Positions 54,781 through 55,000 of a DNA stretch of 55,000 bases are shown one piece after another. This DNA is from a virus (taxonomy: Duplodnaviria; Caudoviricetes): positions 1 through 55,000 of IMG/VR virus record IMGVR_UViG_3300046534_001090. One strand, 5' to 3'. Below the pieces are notes generated by a model. That model made no database searches. It saw nothing but the letters and a program-made list of their open reading frames with translations, and was not told where the DNA came from. A program made the translations under genes and the position numbers. How positions within the stretch are numbered: position 1 is the first letter of the stretch; each line of letters opens with the position of its first letter.

Positions 54781-55000
54781 ATGATGACAATGCAGACCCA
54801 TTTAACTCAGCAGCATTTAAAGAATAACCCAGAGAAACTAGCTCGGTTCAATAAAGTAATAATTCGATCAGGGCAATGGGGGTATTGGTGGCGCGCAAAT
54901 GGGGCCGGATACACGGAGAGAATTGAGGAAGCAGGAATTTACGAAGTAAACGATGCTTGGCTTTCCGTCAAACACTGCGGGCCTGAAAAGAAAATCGTAC
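54781..55000 (+). CDS. Hypothetical protein, 3' truncated
   Basis: AAGGA SD, ATG and open frame to the window end. Confidence 0.5.
   Translation, partial: MMTMQTHLTQQHLKNNPEKLARFNKVIIRSGQWGYWWRANGAGYTERIEEAGIYEVNDAWLSVKHCGPEKKIV

Larger units (their letters stand above)
1..55000. mobile_element. Tailed dsDNA bacteriophage genome segment (podovirus-like, N4-gp56-type capsid), likely near-complete and circularly permuted
   Basis: Complete packaging/head/short-tail/ejection module, recombination and replication modules, no host housekeeping genes; both ends are nin-like small-gene regions on the + strand. Confidence 0.95.

Overview
The whole window is a tailed dsDNA phage, probably most of one circularly permuted genome, with no host housekeeping genes visible. 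Podovirus-type architecture and a proteobacterial host are inferred from SSB, RdgC and CsrA. Order: (1-1950) small accessory genes separated by six copies of a 20-bp repeat supplying stop codon and Shine-Dalgarno, with one slot holding a structured non-coding element; SSB; a lysis-like cluster (membrane protein, endolysin-like protein, class-3 lipase, lipoprotein); LamG/CBM-like surface proteins; two Tat-signal genes; P22-gp3-like terS, PBSX-type terL, portal, scaffold, N4-gp56-type major capsid, adaptor, nozzle, tail fibre, ejection proteins and a 3654-aa polyvalent virion protein (adenine MTase, metallopeptidase, ART-like, LPD38-like); a leftward early operon (RecT, YqaJ exonuclease, DnaQ-like exonuclease, CsrA, RdgC, papain-like peptidase); and a rightward Cro-like / replication initiator with iterons / MTase / RusA operon. 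The most striking observation is the pair of twin-arginine signal proteins just upstream of terS, whose mature parts align by eye with condensed pieces of this phage's own portal and major capsid proteins, a candidate Tat-targeted structural-protein mimic system. All family assignments come from motif recognition by eye; no searches were run.
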